64,000 nt of DNA, from the IMG/VR virus record IMGVR_UViG_3300032313_000840, positions 1-64,000 of that record; one strand, written 5' to 3'. The notes under the pieces are model-generated. The model was not told where the DNA came from. It ran no database searches and saw only the letters and a program-made list of their open reading frames with translations. The translations under genes and the position numbers were made by a program. This stretch comes from a virus. Shown here one piece after another: positions 48,666 to 56,407 of this stretch (position 1 is the stretch's first letter; the number at the start of each line of letters is the position of its first letter).

Positions 48666-50015
48666 TTAGGCGTTCATGGCGTACTGGGTGTCGGTGTCGG
48701 GGTTGGACAACTTATCCAACTGTGCTTTCAATTCTGCGATCTTCTTCTGCTCTGCGGTCAGAGAGTTCACCGGGTTGCTCACCGGGGCATCCTTCATCCC
48801 CTCCGGGACAGGGAGGATCGTGGGGTCGATCTTCGTGTAGAGGTTGAAGAACGCCTCCTTCGTGGACGCATCGAACCGCGTCAGCGTCAACTTGATGGCC
48901 TTCTCCTTGTCGCCAAAGATGGCGAACGCCTTGCACACTTCCTCCAAGCGGCGGGTGGTGATGATGTCATCCAGTCCGCCCTCCTTGAAGCCCATGCGGA
49001 TCGTTTCCGCCCACTTCGTGAGGTACTGGGCGAACTCCTTGTCCTCCTTGCCGTATGCCTTCATCTTGCGGATGATGATACGCGCTTCGATGGTGCGATC
49101 CGCGTAGTCCTGCTCAAACCAGTAGGAGAAGCGGTCAAGGAACGCCTCGTTCATGCAGCGCGTACCCACGAACCGATCAGACTCGCCCTTGCCCTTGGTG
49201 TTGGCAGTCGCCACCACATTGAAGCCGGAAGCGGGCTTGATGAACATACCGATCTTCTTGATGTAGATGCCCTTGCCCTCAAGCACGGGCTGAAGGCACA
49301 TCATGCGCTCCGTCCCGAGGTCGATCTCGTCCAACAGGAGGATAGAGCCGCGCTGCATGGCCTGAACCACGCCACCGAACACGAACTTCGTTTCGCCGTT
49401 GACGAGGCGGAAGCCACCGATGAGGTCATCCTCGTCCGTTTCGGCGGTGATGTTGACGCGAATGCACTCGCGGCCCGTGGAGGCGCAAATCTGCTCCACC
49501 ATCGTGGTCTTGCCGTTGCCGGACATACCCGTGATGTAGACGGGAGCGAACTGCTTGGAGGCGAGGATGGTGGAGATGTCATCGTGGTGACCCCACGGAA
49601 CGAAAGTCTCGTTCTTGACGGGGACGAGCGAAACATCGGAGGACGGCATGACGAGGTTGTAGGTGTTGCTGTTCATGTTGCTGATTGTATCACAAGTTTC
49701 GGAGGAAGTCAAGGTTTCGGAAGAAGATTCGGAAATATTTTCTTCCACGGTATCGGACTCTGCGGGATTGTATTCAAGCACGACCATCTCCGGGATGATG
49801 TACTTGCCACGACCTGCACGGCGGTTCTTGGGCTGAACCAGCCAAGCCGGGAGGACTCTGTAGGAATGCTCGCTACTAAGGGCATAGGACTGGCCAAGTG
49901 CCTCAAGGCATTGCTCACGGGTGTAGACTGCTTCCCCGATGGTCTGCGGAGTGCCGAACAGGATCTGAAGGGCATTGAGGAAGTTACGCTTGCGAATGTC
50001 GATGTTGCTGTTCAT
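48666..50015 (-). CDS. cobS: MoxR/CobS-like AAA+ ATPase
   Basis: Walker A GMSGNGKT, ETDEDDLIGG, Walker B LLLDE, ATANTKG, EAFLDRF, TTRRL. Confidence 0.92.
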   Translation of the reverse strand: MNSNIDIRKRNFLNALQILFGTPQTIGEAVYTREQCLEALGQSYALSSEHSYRVLPAWLVQPKNRRAGRGKYIIPEMVVLEYNPAESDTVEENISESSSETLTSSETCDTISNMNSNTYNLVMPSSDVSLVPVKNETFVPWGHHDDISTILASKQFAPVYITGMSGNGKTTMVEQICASTGRECIRVNITAETDEDDLIGGFRLVNGETKFVFGGVVQAMQRGSILLLDEIDLGTERMMCLQPVLEGKGIYIKKIGMFIKPASGFNVVATANTKGKGESDRFVGTRCMNEAFLDRFSYWFEQDYADRTIEARIIIRKMKAYGKEDKEFAQYLTKWAETIRMGFKEGGLDDIITTRRLEEVCKAFAIFGDKEKAIKLTLTRFDASTKEAFFNLYTKIDPTILPVPEGMKDAPVSNPVNSLTAEQKKIAELKAQLDKLSNPDTDTQYAMNA

Positions 50016-50076
50016 GCCGCAATCTTACCACACAATCTTTCTAAAGTCAAGTTTGGTCTGAAGATTTTTTATCCAG

Positions 50077-50168
50077 GTCCGATAACCGGTCCGATAACGT
50101 CCACTACTATCATAATAATATAAACAGCCTCAGAAATTCGCTTAAAGGGCGAATTTCTGATAGTAGCT
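50077..50168. repeat. palindromic cassette-boundary element, copy 3
   Basis: GTCCGATAAC x2, CTACTATCA..TCAGAAATTCGC-loop-GCGAATTTCTGA-TAGTAGC. Confidence 0.8.
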
Positions 50169-50241
50169 CAAAGAAACAACCCCCGCTTGCGCGGGGGTTG
50201 GTATGAAAGGGAGTTTATCTCCCCGGCATCTCACCGGGTAC

Positions 50242-50487
50242 TTACACTCCCGTATTGTAGTAGTTCTTCTCGGTCTTGGACTCGCTGACCCTGCAAATCT
50301 TTTCAAGGGCCACGATGCGCTGCCACAACTTCTCTTGCTCAAGGTAGAGATCCTTGACCATCTCGTCTTGATGACGAACGATGCTGTTCAACTTCTCGTT
50401 CAGTCGAACGCGGAAGTAGGCGATGGCGAAGTAGGCGGCACCTGCGAGGGTGATGATGGTGACGAGCGTGTTGAGATCAATGTTCAT
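50242..50487 (-). CDS. small single-TM coiled-coil early protein
   Basis: TTGACA..TATAAT-6nt-ATG; N-terminal TM. Confidence 0.65.
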   Translation of the reverse strand: MNIDLNTLVTIITLAGAAYFAIAYFRVRLNEKLNSIVRHQDEMVKDLYLEQEKLWQRIVALEKICRVSESKTEKNYYNTGV

Positions 50488-50589
50488 GTCTCTATTATAC
50501 CTCTTGGTTTGGGGTTGTCAAGTCTCGGACGGAAAAAAAGTTTCTTTTAGTTACAACATCTGACCTAAATATAAGGAGGTGTTATAACT

Positions 50590-50967
50590 ATGAGACCAAA
50601 GAAAAATTTTTGGAAATGTCAGGACTGTGGAGTGGAACTAAAACGGAAACAAGTTCGATGCCGTGGATGCCATGATATCAGGCATCCTGATATGACCATT
50701 GAAGAATCGGCTTATGGTGACAAAGGTTGGCCAAACACTTATGCACGTATCAGAGATAAGGCCAAGTATGTCGTTAAGCATCTTGAATGGACCTGCTGTC
50801 GCAATTGTGGGTATGACAAACATTTTGAAATTTGTCATATCAAAGCCATAAAAGATTTTTCAAAAGACACTTTATTAAGTGTAGTGAACGATCCTTCTAA
50901 CCTTGTTCCTCTATGCCCAAATTGCCATTGGGAGTTTGATAGAGGAATCTTAAAATTGGACGGGTGA
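50590..50967 (+). CDS. HNH endonuclease
   Basis: CRNCG..EICHIK..NLVPLCPNCH; TAAATA plus AAGGAGG. Confidence 0.88.
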   Translation: MRPKKNFWKCQDCGVELKRKQVRCRGCHDIRHPDMTIEESAYGDKGWPNTYARIRDKAKYVVKHLEWTCCRNCGYDKHFEICHIKAIKDFSKDTLLSVVNDPSNLVPLCPNCHWEFDRGILKLDG

Positions 50968-51038
50968 GATTCGAACTCACGATGCCGAAGCGGGCAATTA
51001 TAAGTCGCCTGCTGCTCTCCACCGCAGCGCGCCGTCCA
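50956..51038 (-). tRNA. atypical tRNA with UAU anticodon (Ile, AUA-reading)
   Basis: Acceptor TGGACGG/CCGTCCA; arm GGCGA-CT TAT AA-TTGCC; extended variable loop; GTGAG TTCGAAT CTCAC. Confidence 0.75.
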
Positions 51039-51039
51039 G

Positions 51040-51118
51040 TGGTGGAGCCTTCATACGGATGCTCCGGTGTCCGTGCAACCGTAGGTTGCCTCTATACGGT
51101 TGTTGTAGTTACCGCCAA
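51040..51118 (-). ncRNA. candidate structured RNA ending in a pseudoknot plus ACCA
   Basis: CAACCGTA/TACGGTTG stem; ACGGA/TCCGT stem whose loop GGAGC can pair with GCTCC-ACCA. Confidence 0.4.
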
Positions 51119-51177
51119 ACTCATTAATAATATATCTGATTGAGGTACATTGTACCACCTCTTTCTTGTTTGTCAAG

Positions 51178-51251
51178 CGTTCCCGGCAGGATTCGAACCT
51201 GCAACCTACAGATTAGAAATCTGTGGCACTATCCAGTTGTGCTACGGGAAC
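51178..51251 (-). tRNA. tRNA-Arg(UCU)
   Basis: Anticodon arm ACAGA-TT TCT AA-TCTGT. Confidence 0.94.
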
Positions 51252-51378
51252 AAATCGGAAGGGACTACTTCAACGGTACTAGGGGAAGAATGCATTTTTC
51301 TTTTAATACATTCCGCAAACCCACCGACCGTCTTCATACCCTTCCGGGTTGGGTGCCTTGAAGAAGGACACCCGGTAA

Positions 51379-51463
51379 TAGCGCGGGCGGGATTCGAACC
51401 CGCAATGTTTCTTATGTATCAGATTTTGAGTCTGACGTGTTTCGCCAGTTTCACCACCGCGCC
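51379..51463 (-). tRNA. tRNA-Leu(CAA)
   Basis: Anticodon arm TCAGA-CT CAA AA-TCTGA; long variable arm. Confidence 0.93.
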
Positions 51464-51477
51464 ATGTAGGTATTGTA

Positions 51478-51948
51478 TCATACCTTTGTTGTCTTGTCAA
51501 GTCTCTTTTTGTTTCTGAAGTTATCGGTTGTTGAGTGACAGTTTGGGCAGAGAAGTTGAAGATTGGTTAGTTCGTTGTTCACTCTGTTGCCATCTACATG
51601 GTGAACTTCCAAAGCAATCGGAGACTGTAACCAAGTATCATTGTTGCAGGACTCACATCTATGTCCTCTCAATTTTACTAAATTGATTTTAAGTCTGTGA
51701 TTGTTTGTATACTGAGACCAATCTTTTTGCTGTGCGTCTTTATTCCATGCTTGGCCCTTCCAATGGCTAGTATCGATGGAATATTTTTGCAAATACTTTT
51801 TAGCAGTTTGGTAATTGCTTCCAGCCCTGCTGTCGTTCAATCCCAACTCTCTCAAGAATCCTGCAAGAGATGTAACTTTTGCAGCAATCTCGGCCAGTTC
51901 TTCTTTGGTCTTGCTCCCGATGGTGTTGTATTTCTTTCTCATAGGCAT
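51478..51948 (-). CDS. HNH endonuclease
   Basis: CESC..LEVHHVDGNRVNNELTNLQLLCPNCH. Confidence 0.92.
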   Translation of the reverse strand: MPMRKKYNTIGSKTKEELAEIAAKVTSLAGFLRELGLNDSRAGSNYQTAKKYLQKYSIDTSHWKGQAWNKDAQQKDWSQYTNNHRLKINLVKLRGHRCESCNNDTWLQSPIALEVHHVDGNRVNNELTNLQLLCPNCHSTTDNFRNKKRLDKTTKV

Positions 51949-51982
51949 AGGCTCCTATACCTATTTAGAAACCTATGCCATT

Positions 51983-52279
51983 CTAAAACAGATCGGGGGT
52001 GCTGTCAAGATTTTTCTTTTTGTTTTCCGTCAGCCCAAACTTCTCATGCAGTTCCTCGTAGAACTCTGCGTTGGGTCGAACCACCTGCTCGTGGAGTCGG
52101 TTGCCGTTGATGGCAATCTGCGCTCCCTCTACTGCATCGTAGTAGGCGGTGATCAGATCCTGTGGAGGGTTGGCATTGCCTTCAAGCCAATGTTCCATGA
52201 TCAGGTCTGCGACAATTGCAACCCTGTCGTACATCTGCAGGGCGAAGATTTTTTCATCGAAGTCTAGTGGGGTGTTCAT
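51983..52279 (-). CDS. hypothetical protein
   Basis: GGAG SD; start MNTPL. Confidence 0.55.
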   Translation of the reverse strand: MNTPLDFDEKIFALQMYDRVAIVADLIMEHWLEGNANPPQDLITAYYDAVEGAQIAINGNRLHEQVVRPNAEFYEELHEKFGLTENKKKNLDSTPDLF

Positions 52280-52294
52280 GTTGTTTTCTCCGAA

Positions 52295-52367
52295 TGGGTC
52301 CGGTGGGACTTGAACCCACAACCAATAGATTAAAAGTCTACTGCGCTACCAATTGCGCTACGAACCC
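52295..52367 (-). tRNA. tRNA-Lys(UUU)
   Basis: Anticodon arm GTAGA-CT TTT AA-TCTAT; TTGACA..TACAAT promoter upstream. Confidence 0.94.
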
Positions 52368-52405
52368 GAATGCCCATTGTAACCGATGGGCTGCGGTTTG
52401 TCAAG

Positions 52406-52762
52406 TCAGGATTCGAAGTCCTCGTCCGCATCCGGGTCGAACGGGTAGTACTCCCGCTCCATCTGACCTGCGTACTCCTCGTAGGTCATCTCCATGACCT
52501 GTGCGATCATCATCATGAAGGCGGCGAAACCCAAGTGAATCTCGGGCACCCTTCCGTCTGCCTTCTCGGTCAACATCCAGTTGGTGACGTACTGGATCCC
52601 GTTGGCGACGATCATGCGCTGACCCTCGTCCTTGTAGAAGTTCGGGTGTTCACCTGCGAACTGCATCAGGGTCTTGACGACATCCAACGGGTCGGGCTTG
52701 AAAGCCCCCATGTCGATGTTCTTGCGGGTGAAGAAACCATCGTACTTGTTCTGCGGTGACAT
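52406..52762 (-). CDS. hypothetical early protein
   Basis: AAGGAG SD; acidic C-terminus. Confidence 0.65.
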   Translation of the reverse strand: MSPQNKYDGFFTRKNIDMGAFKPDPLDVVKTLMQFAGEHPNFYKDEGQRMIVANGIQYVTNWMLTEKADGRVPEIHLGFAAFMMMIAQVMEMTYEEYAGQMEREYYPFDPDADEDFES

Positions 52763-52980
52763 TAGCGAATCTCCTTGAGGGTGGTGTGCAGGGACATGAC
52801 GAACTCGTATTCTTCTTCGGTGACCATATCAGGGCCGCTGATCTGCGTCAGGATGAAGTAGCCTTGAGCGAGGCGGGCAATGTCCTCATCGTACTCGGCC
52901 CAATCGGGGTGTTCGGTGACGAAGTTTGCGATCTCGTTGATGAGGTCGGAGATGTCGGTGGTGGTGGTGGGCTTTCTCAT
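52762..52980 (-). CDS. hypothetical acidic early protein
   Basis: Leaderless after TTGACA..TACAAT. Confidence 0.65.
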   Translation of the reverse strand: MRKPTTTTDISDLINEIANFVTEHPDWAEYDEDIARLAQGYFILTQISGPDMVTEEEYEFVMSLHTTLKEIR

Positions 52981-53294
52981 GTCGGTATTGTAACAGATTC
53001 GGGGACTGGTGTCAAGGTCACGCTGTGAAAATGTTTTACTTGTTTTGCGTACCGGATGAAACTGTGCATCTTGTCATCCGGCAGTTCGACCGACATGTTT
53101 ATTGTGTAGGTGTCGATGCCGAAAACAAAACTTTGATCTACGTGCGTGTTCATTCGAACATCGAACATCCCGGTCGGATCTGCGAGGGCCAGGCATTGGA
53201 ACACACTCTTGACCATCTTCTGCAACCTGCGCTTATGCCATCCCATGGAATGGGTCAGCGGGGAATGCATCTCAATGGTGACGGTGGCGATCAT
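52977..53294 (-). CDS. hypothetical protein
   Basis: GGAG SD; overlaps the upstream stop. Confidence 0.5.
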   Translation of the reverse strand: MIATVTIEMHSPLTHSMGWHKRRLQKMVKSVFQCLALADPTGMFDVRMNTHVDQSFVFGIDTYTINMSVELPDDKMHSFIRYAKQVKHFHSVTLTPVPESVTIPT

Positions 53295-53527
53295 TCGAAG
53301 TCTCCGTCATCGATGAAGTCGGGAACATCCCGGTCAAGGTCATCGTCGCCGTAGCAGTAGTCATCGTCAGAGTCGTACAGCCCGACCATGCGCTTGGCTT
53401 CTTCTTCGGTGTAGCCATCTTCCACCAGTTCAGCAACGGCTTCTTCCTCGGTAACATCGTCAAGGCAGGAGTCGTAGGCGTGATCGTCGTTGTCGTAGTC
53501 GCTGTCAATGTCGTAGGAGTTGTTCAT
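53291..53527 (-). CDS. extremely acidic early protein
   Basis: Leaderless ATG 53527; D/E-dominated 78 aa. Confidence 0.65.
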   Translation of the reverse strand: MNNSYDIDSDYDNDDHAYDSCLDDVTEEEAVAELVEDGYTEEEAKRMVGLYDSDDDYCYGDDDLDRDVPDFIDDGDFE

Positions 53528-53583
53528 GCCGGCATGGTAACACAGGATCCAAGGGAAGTCAAGAGAAAGAGAAAATATATTTG

Positions 53584-53665
53584 GCGTCCCATAACGTCCT
53601 GTCCGGGCTACTATCAGGGGGCGCATAAAAATCAGATTCCCTCAGAGGGAATCTGATAGTAGCCC
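53584..53665. repeat. palindromic cassette-boundary element, copy 4
   Basis: GCGTCCCATAACGTCC..GGGCTACTATCAG..ATCAGATTCCCTC-A-GAGGGAATCTGAT-AGTAGCCC. Confidence 0.85.
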
Positions 53666-53804
53666 AAAGAACATGACCCACCCTAAAGAGGATGGGTCAG
53701 AGGTTTTGGAGGCTCGGTTACCTCCATGCCTTCTCCCGTTGCAACCGGAAGAATTGGTTTCAGGGCCCAGACCTAGGCCAACGCTCAAGCCCATCCCGTA
53801 TTTT

Positions 53805-54104
53805 TTAGTTCATGTTCAGCATCTTCTCCGTCTTGCGAGAGTATGCTCCGATCCCGTCGATCTTATCCTCACCGATCAGGATCCAGTCCTTCTTGATGAT
53901 GTCGAAGGCGCAGATGTAGCCTTCGATGGTGTGACGAGCACCAGTCGGCAGGTTGCCTCCCAGTTGCTTGATGAACACGGGGTCAGTCGTGATCTCACGC
54001 GAGGTTGGGGTGCCGTCCTTCTTCCTGAACGACACAAAGAGCGTATCGTTGTTGGAGAGAGCAACGCGAAGAATCGTGGACATCGGAAGTTCGGTGGTGT
54101 TCAT
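53805..54104 (-). CDS. WYL_2/DUF2693-like SH3 beta-barrel protein
   Basis: VSFRKKDGTPTSREITT..AFDIIKKDW. Confidence 0.65.
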   Translation of the reverse strand: MNTTELPMSTILRVALSNNDTLFVSFRKKDGTPTSREITTDPVFIKQLGGNLPTGARHTIEGYICAFDIIKKDWILIGEDKIDGIGAYSRKTEKMLNMN

Positions 54105-54210
54105 GTGGGTATTGTACCTTGTGTGAGTGCGAAAGTCAAGTGGCGTGTAGATTTCTTTTAAACTTCCTCCCGGCCCCTTGCGGGGCCGGGAGGCTACATG
54201 CACCACCATG

Positions 54211-54600
54211 TTAGATCGGGAGGTTGACATTGCCGAACTGGGCGAAGTGACGGTTGAAGCATTCCGTCACGATGTTCTCAAGCGGCATGATCCTGACGCC
54301 AGTCTCCTTGAAGGAGGCGTCCGCTGCCTGTGCGTAGTAGGACACCGATCCGTCACGGATGTTGTCCACGAACTCCTGCCAGTCCAAACCCAGTTCCGTC
54401 ACGATCATGTAGACGAGGGTCTTTTCGGCATCGGTGAACCAGTCGAACGGCAGGGACACGGTGATCTCGCACAGGGCGAGGGCGGCGTTGATCTCGGCGG
54501 GTTCGTTCTTGAACTCCGGCGTCTTGTTGGCGGTCAGGACGAGGGAAACAACGAGGTCATCGATCTTGGCGAGGCGGACGGGCTTGGTGGTGTTCTTCAT
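54211..54600 (-). CDS. hypothetical early protein
   Basis: AAGGA SD; followed by a GC hairpin. Confidence 0.65.
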   Translation of the reverse strand: MKNTTKPVRLAKIDDLVVSLVLTANKTPEFKNEPAEINAALALCEITVSLPFDWFTDAEKTLVYMIVTELGLDWQEFVDNIRDGSVSYYAQAADASFKETGVRIMPLENIVTECFNRHFAQFGNVNLPI

Positions 54601-54618
54601 GGTGGTGTTCCTTGTGGG

Positions 54619-54867
54619 TTAGGCGGCGAGAATCTTCTTGATGCGTTCGTCAGCACGGCGGGACATATCGGCGTCCAGTTCACGGGCCTTCTTCGCCTCC
54701 TCCTTGATGCGGCACAGGAGATACTGCAGTCCTTGGAGGTCGTTTTCTTCCATGTAGTCTGCGATGCCCTCCAAGTAGAGGAGCGAGGAGGCGAGGTAAC
54801 CGTAGGCGTAGGCGTGGTCGTGGGTGACGGAGGCGGGGATCTTGACGGTGGTGGTGCTGTTCTTCAT
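54619..54867 (-). CDS. hypothetical early protein
   Basis: Leaderless after TACAAT; HAYAYGYLAS motif. Confidence 0.65.
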   Translation of the reverse strand: MKNSTTTVKIPASVTHDHAYAYGYLASSLLYLEGIADYMEENDLQGLQYLLCRIKEEAKKARELDADMSRRADERIKKILAA

Positions 54868-54948
54868 GTCGGTATTGTAACAGGTCGGGGTGCGAAAGTA
54901 AAGGGGGACAGAAAGAATATTTCGCTTTCTGTCCCCCCATGCAGGGGT

Positions 54949-55212
54949 TCAGGTGAGCGGGATTCCGTACTTCGCCTCAAGGGCTTCCTTCATGCCGGCG
55001 AGAACCTTCTCGCGGTTGCCCTTCAGACCGTACTCCTTCTTGGCGAGAGCGTAGCAGGAGACGCCACGGGTCAGGCGCATCGGGGTGCCACGGGCTGCGG
55101 TCTTGATTTCGAACTTCAGACCGTTGTAGATCATCAGTTCCCGGTAGGCGCAGATCTGTTCGGGGGTGTCGAGCATGATGCCGCCGTCGTTGTTGTTGGT
55201 GGTGCTGTTCAT
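54949..55212 (-). CDS. hypothetical early protein
   Basis: Leaderless ATG 55212; LKFEIK..MRLTRG..KKEYGLKGNREKV. Confidence 0.7.
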   Translation of the reverse strand: MNSTTNNNDGGIMLDTPEQICAYRELMIYNGLKFEIKTAARGTPMRLTRGVSCYALAKKEYGLKGNREKVLAGMKEALEAKYGIPLT

Positions 55213-55268
55213 GCGTACATTGTAACACACCTCGGTTGAAATTGCAAACGCAAAGAAAGAAATATTTG

Positions 55269-55359
55269 GCGTCCTATAACGTCCACTGGGCGGCGGGCTA
55301 CTATCACGCGCCGTCCAATAAAAAATCAGGAAGTCCCTAGGGACTTCCTGATAGTAGCT
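55269..55359. repeat. palindromic cassette-boundary element, copy 5
   Basis: GCGTCCTATAACGTCC..GGCTACTATCA..perfect palindrome ATCAGGAAGTCCCTAGGGACTTCCTGAT-AGTAGC. Confidence 0.85.
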
Positions 55360-55499
55360 CAGCCCTCGCTGGCCACTTCCCTTTTCCCCTCCCTCCGCGC
55401 CTTCCGGGGGTCCCGGCTCTTCTTGCCCCAGGTTTTGGAGCGAAGCCGGATTCCCTCCCGGAAGGCGTCATGGACGAATTTGGCTGGGCGGTGGTTCAT
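55359..55499 (-). CDS. small basic protein
   Basis: MNHRPAKFVHDAFREGIRLRSKTWGKKS...; overlaps the upstream stop (ATGA). Confidence 0.45.
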   Translation of the reverse strand: MNHRPAKFVHDAFREGIRLRSKTWGKKSRDPRKARREGKREVASEG

Positions 55500-56062
55500 T
55501 CGGCCTTCCCCCGAACGATGATCCACAGCAGGGCCTGCAGCGTGGCGGGGGCCATGCACACGGCACCCGTTCCGGCGATGGTGCGGATCGCGTCCGCGAT
55601 GGCCCGGTACTCGGTCGCGTTGGGCGCATCCTTGCCCAGTCCCGCAGCGCGGCACATCCACACATCCACGACCACCGCGTCACGGTCTCCGGCGATGGCA
55701 CGTGCGAACGCGTTGGTCTTCGGGCCGCGCAGGCCGTTGAAGCCCTGCCGGACGCATCGGTCGGCAGCGTCCACGTGGGAGCGGAGACCCTTCGGCGTGA
55801 TGCCCTGCGCGTACTGGTATGCCTTAGCCTTGTTGTGCGCCCACGTCACGCGGGGCGAGAATGCGGACACAACGGACGCGGACACTTCCATGCTCCACTC
55901 GGGGCGCAGTACGCGCAGCGACTCCGCGAAGTCTCCGGCCTCAACGTACCACTTCTGCGCGGCAGCGTAGTCGAAGAGGGTAGCCGATGCGAGGTGGCTG
56001 ATGAAGGATTCGATGGCGCGGGTGCGGACGGTTTCGTAACGGTTGGTGTGGGTGGTGCTCAT
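55496..56062 (-). CDS. HhH-GPD DNA-glycosylase-like protein (DUF7178-like)
   Basis: WY..SAFSPRVTW..N..GPKTNAF..VVVDVWM..Y..QALLW; leaderless ATG 56062. Confidence 0.7.
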   Translation of the reverse strand: MSTTHTNRYETVRTRAIESFISHLASATLFDYAAAQKWYVEAGDFAESLRVLRPEWSMEVSASVVSAFSPRVTWAHNKAKAYQYAQGITPKGLRSHVDAADRCVRQGFNGLRGPKTNAFARAIAGDRDAVVVDVWMCRAAGLGKDAPNATEYRAIADAIRTIAGTGAVCMAPATLQALLWIIVRGKAE

Positions 56063-56128
56063 GCGTACATTGTACCATGCCATGCCGGCTATGTCAATGG
56101 GTGGGGGCGGAATATTATAAATTCTTTC

Positions 56129-56223
56129 GCGTCCCATAACGCATCCAGGTGGGCCGGCTACTATCAGGCTCACCGCGTCCAGTCCCATAACATCAGCGGC
56201 CTCTGAGGCCGCTGATAGTAGCC
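56129..56223. repeat. palindromic cassette-boundary element, copy 6
   Basis: GCGTCCCATAACG..GGCTACTATCAG..ATCAGCGGCCTC-T-GAGGCCGCTGAT-AGTAGCC. Confidence 0.85.
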
Positions 56224-56314
56224 CCGCCCCATAAACAACCTAGCCCCGAACGAATCGGGGCAGGGACGAATCCTTTTCGGTTGGTACGAGCACCACCTCG
56301 TTAGTTTATTGAAA

Positions 56315-56398
56315 GCGTAGTGGAGGACTTGCACCTCTGTTGCTCTGTATCAGATTGCTTTGATCAAAGCAACCCTAGCAGCCTGACGCTGGCTACGC
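56315..56398 (-). ncRNA. tRNA-like RNA lacking a normal anticodon loop
   Basis: GCGTAG/CTACGC acceptor-like stem; GAGG TGCAAGT CCTC T-arm; long palindromic arm. Confidence 0.45.
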
Positions 56399-56407
56399 GA
56401 AGTTTGG

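Noticed and set aside
46058-50015. Cobalamin biosynthesis by cobS/cobT
   Set aside because: MoxR-VWA pairs are common in T4-like phages and probably act as chaperones; no cobN or other cob genes
48600-50123. 507-aa plus-strand ORF (likewise 54178-55239)
   Set aside because: Antisense shadows caused by codon bias
45925-56223. Repeats as a CRISPR array
   Set aside because: Copies are 0.8-3.5 kb apart with genes between them and variable interiors; no cas operon. The 19835 exonuclease is an ordinary phage Cas4-like nuclease
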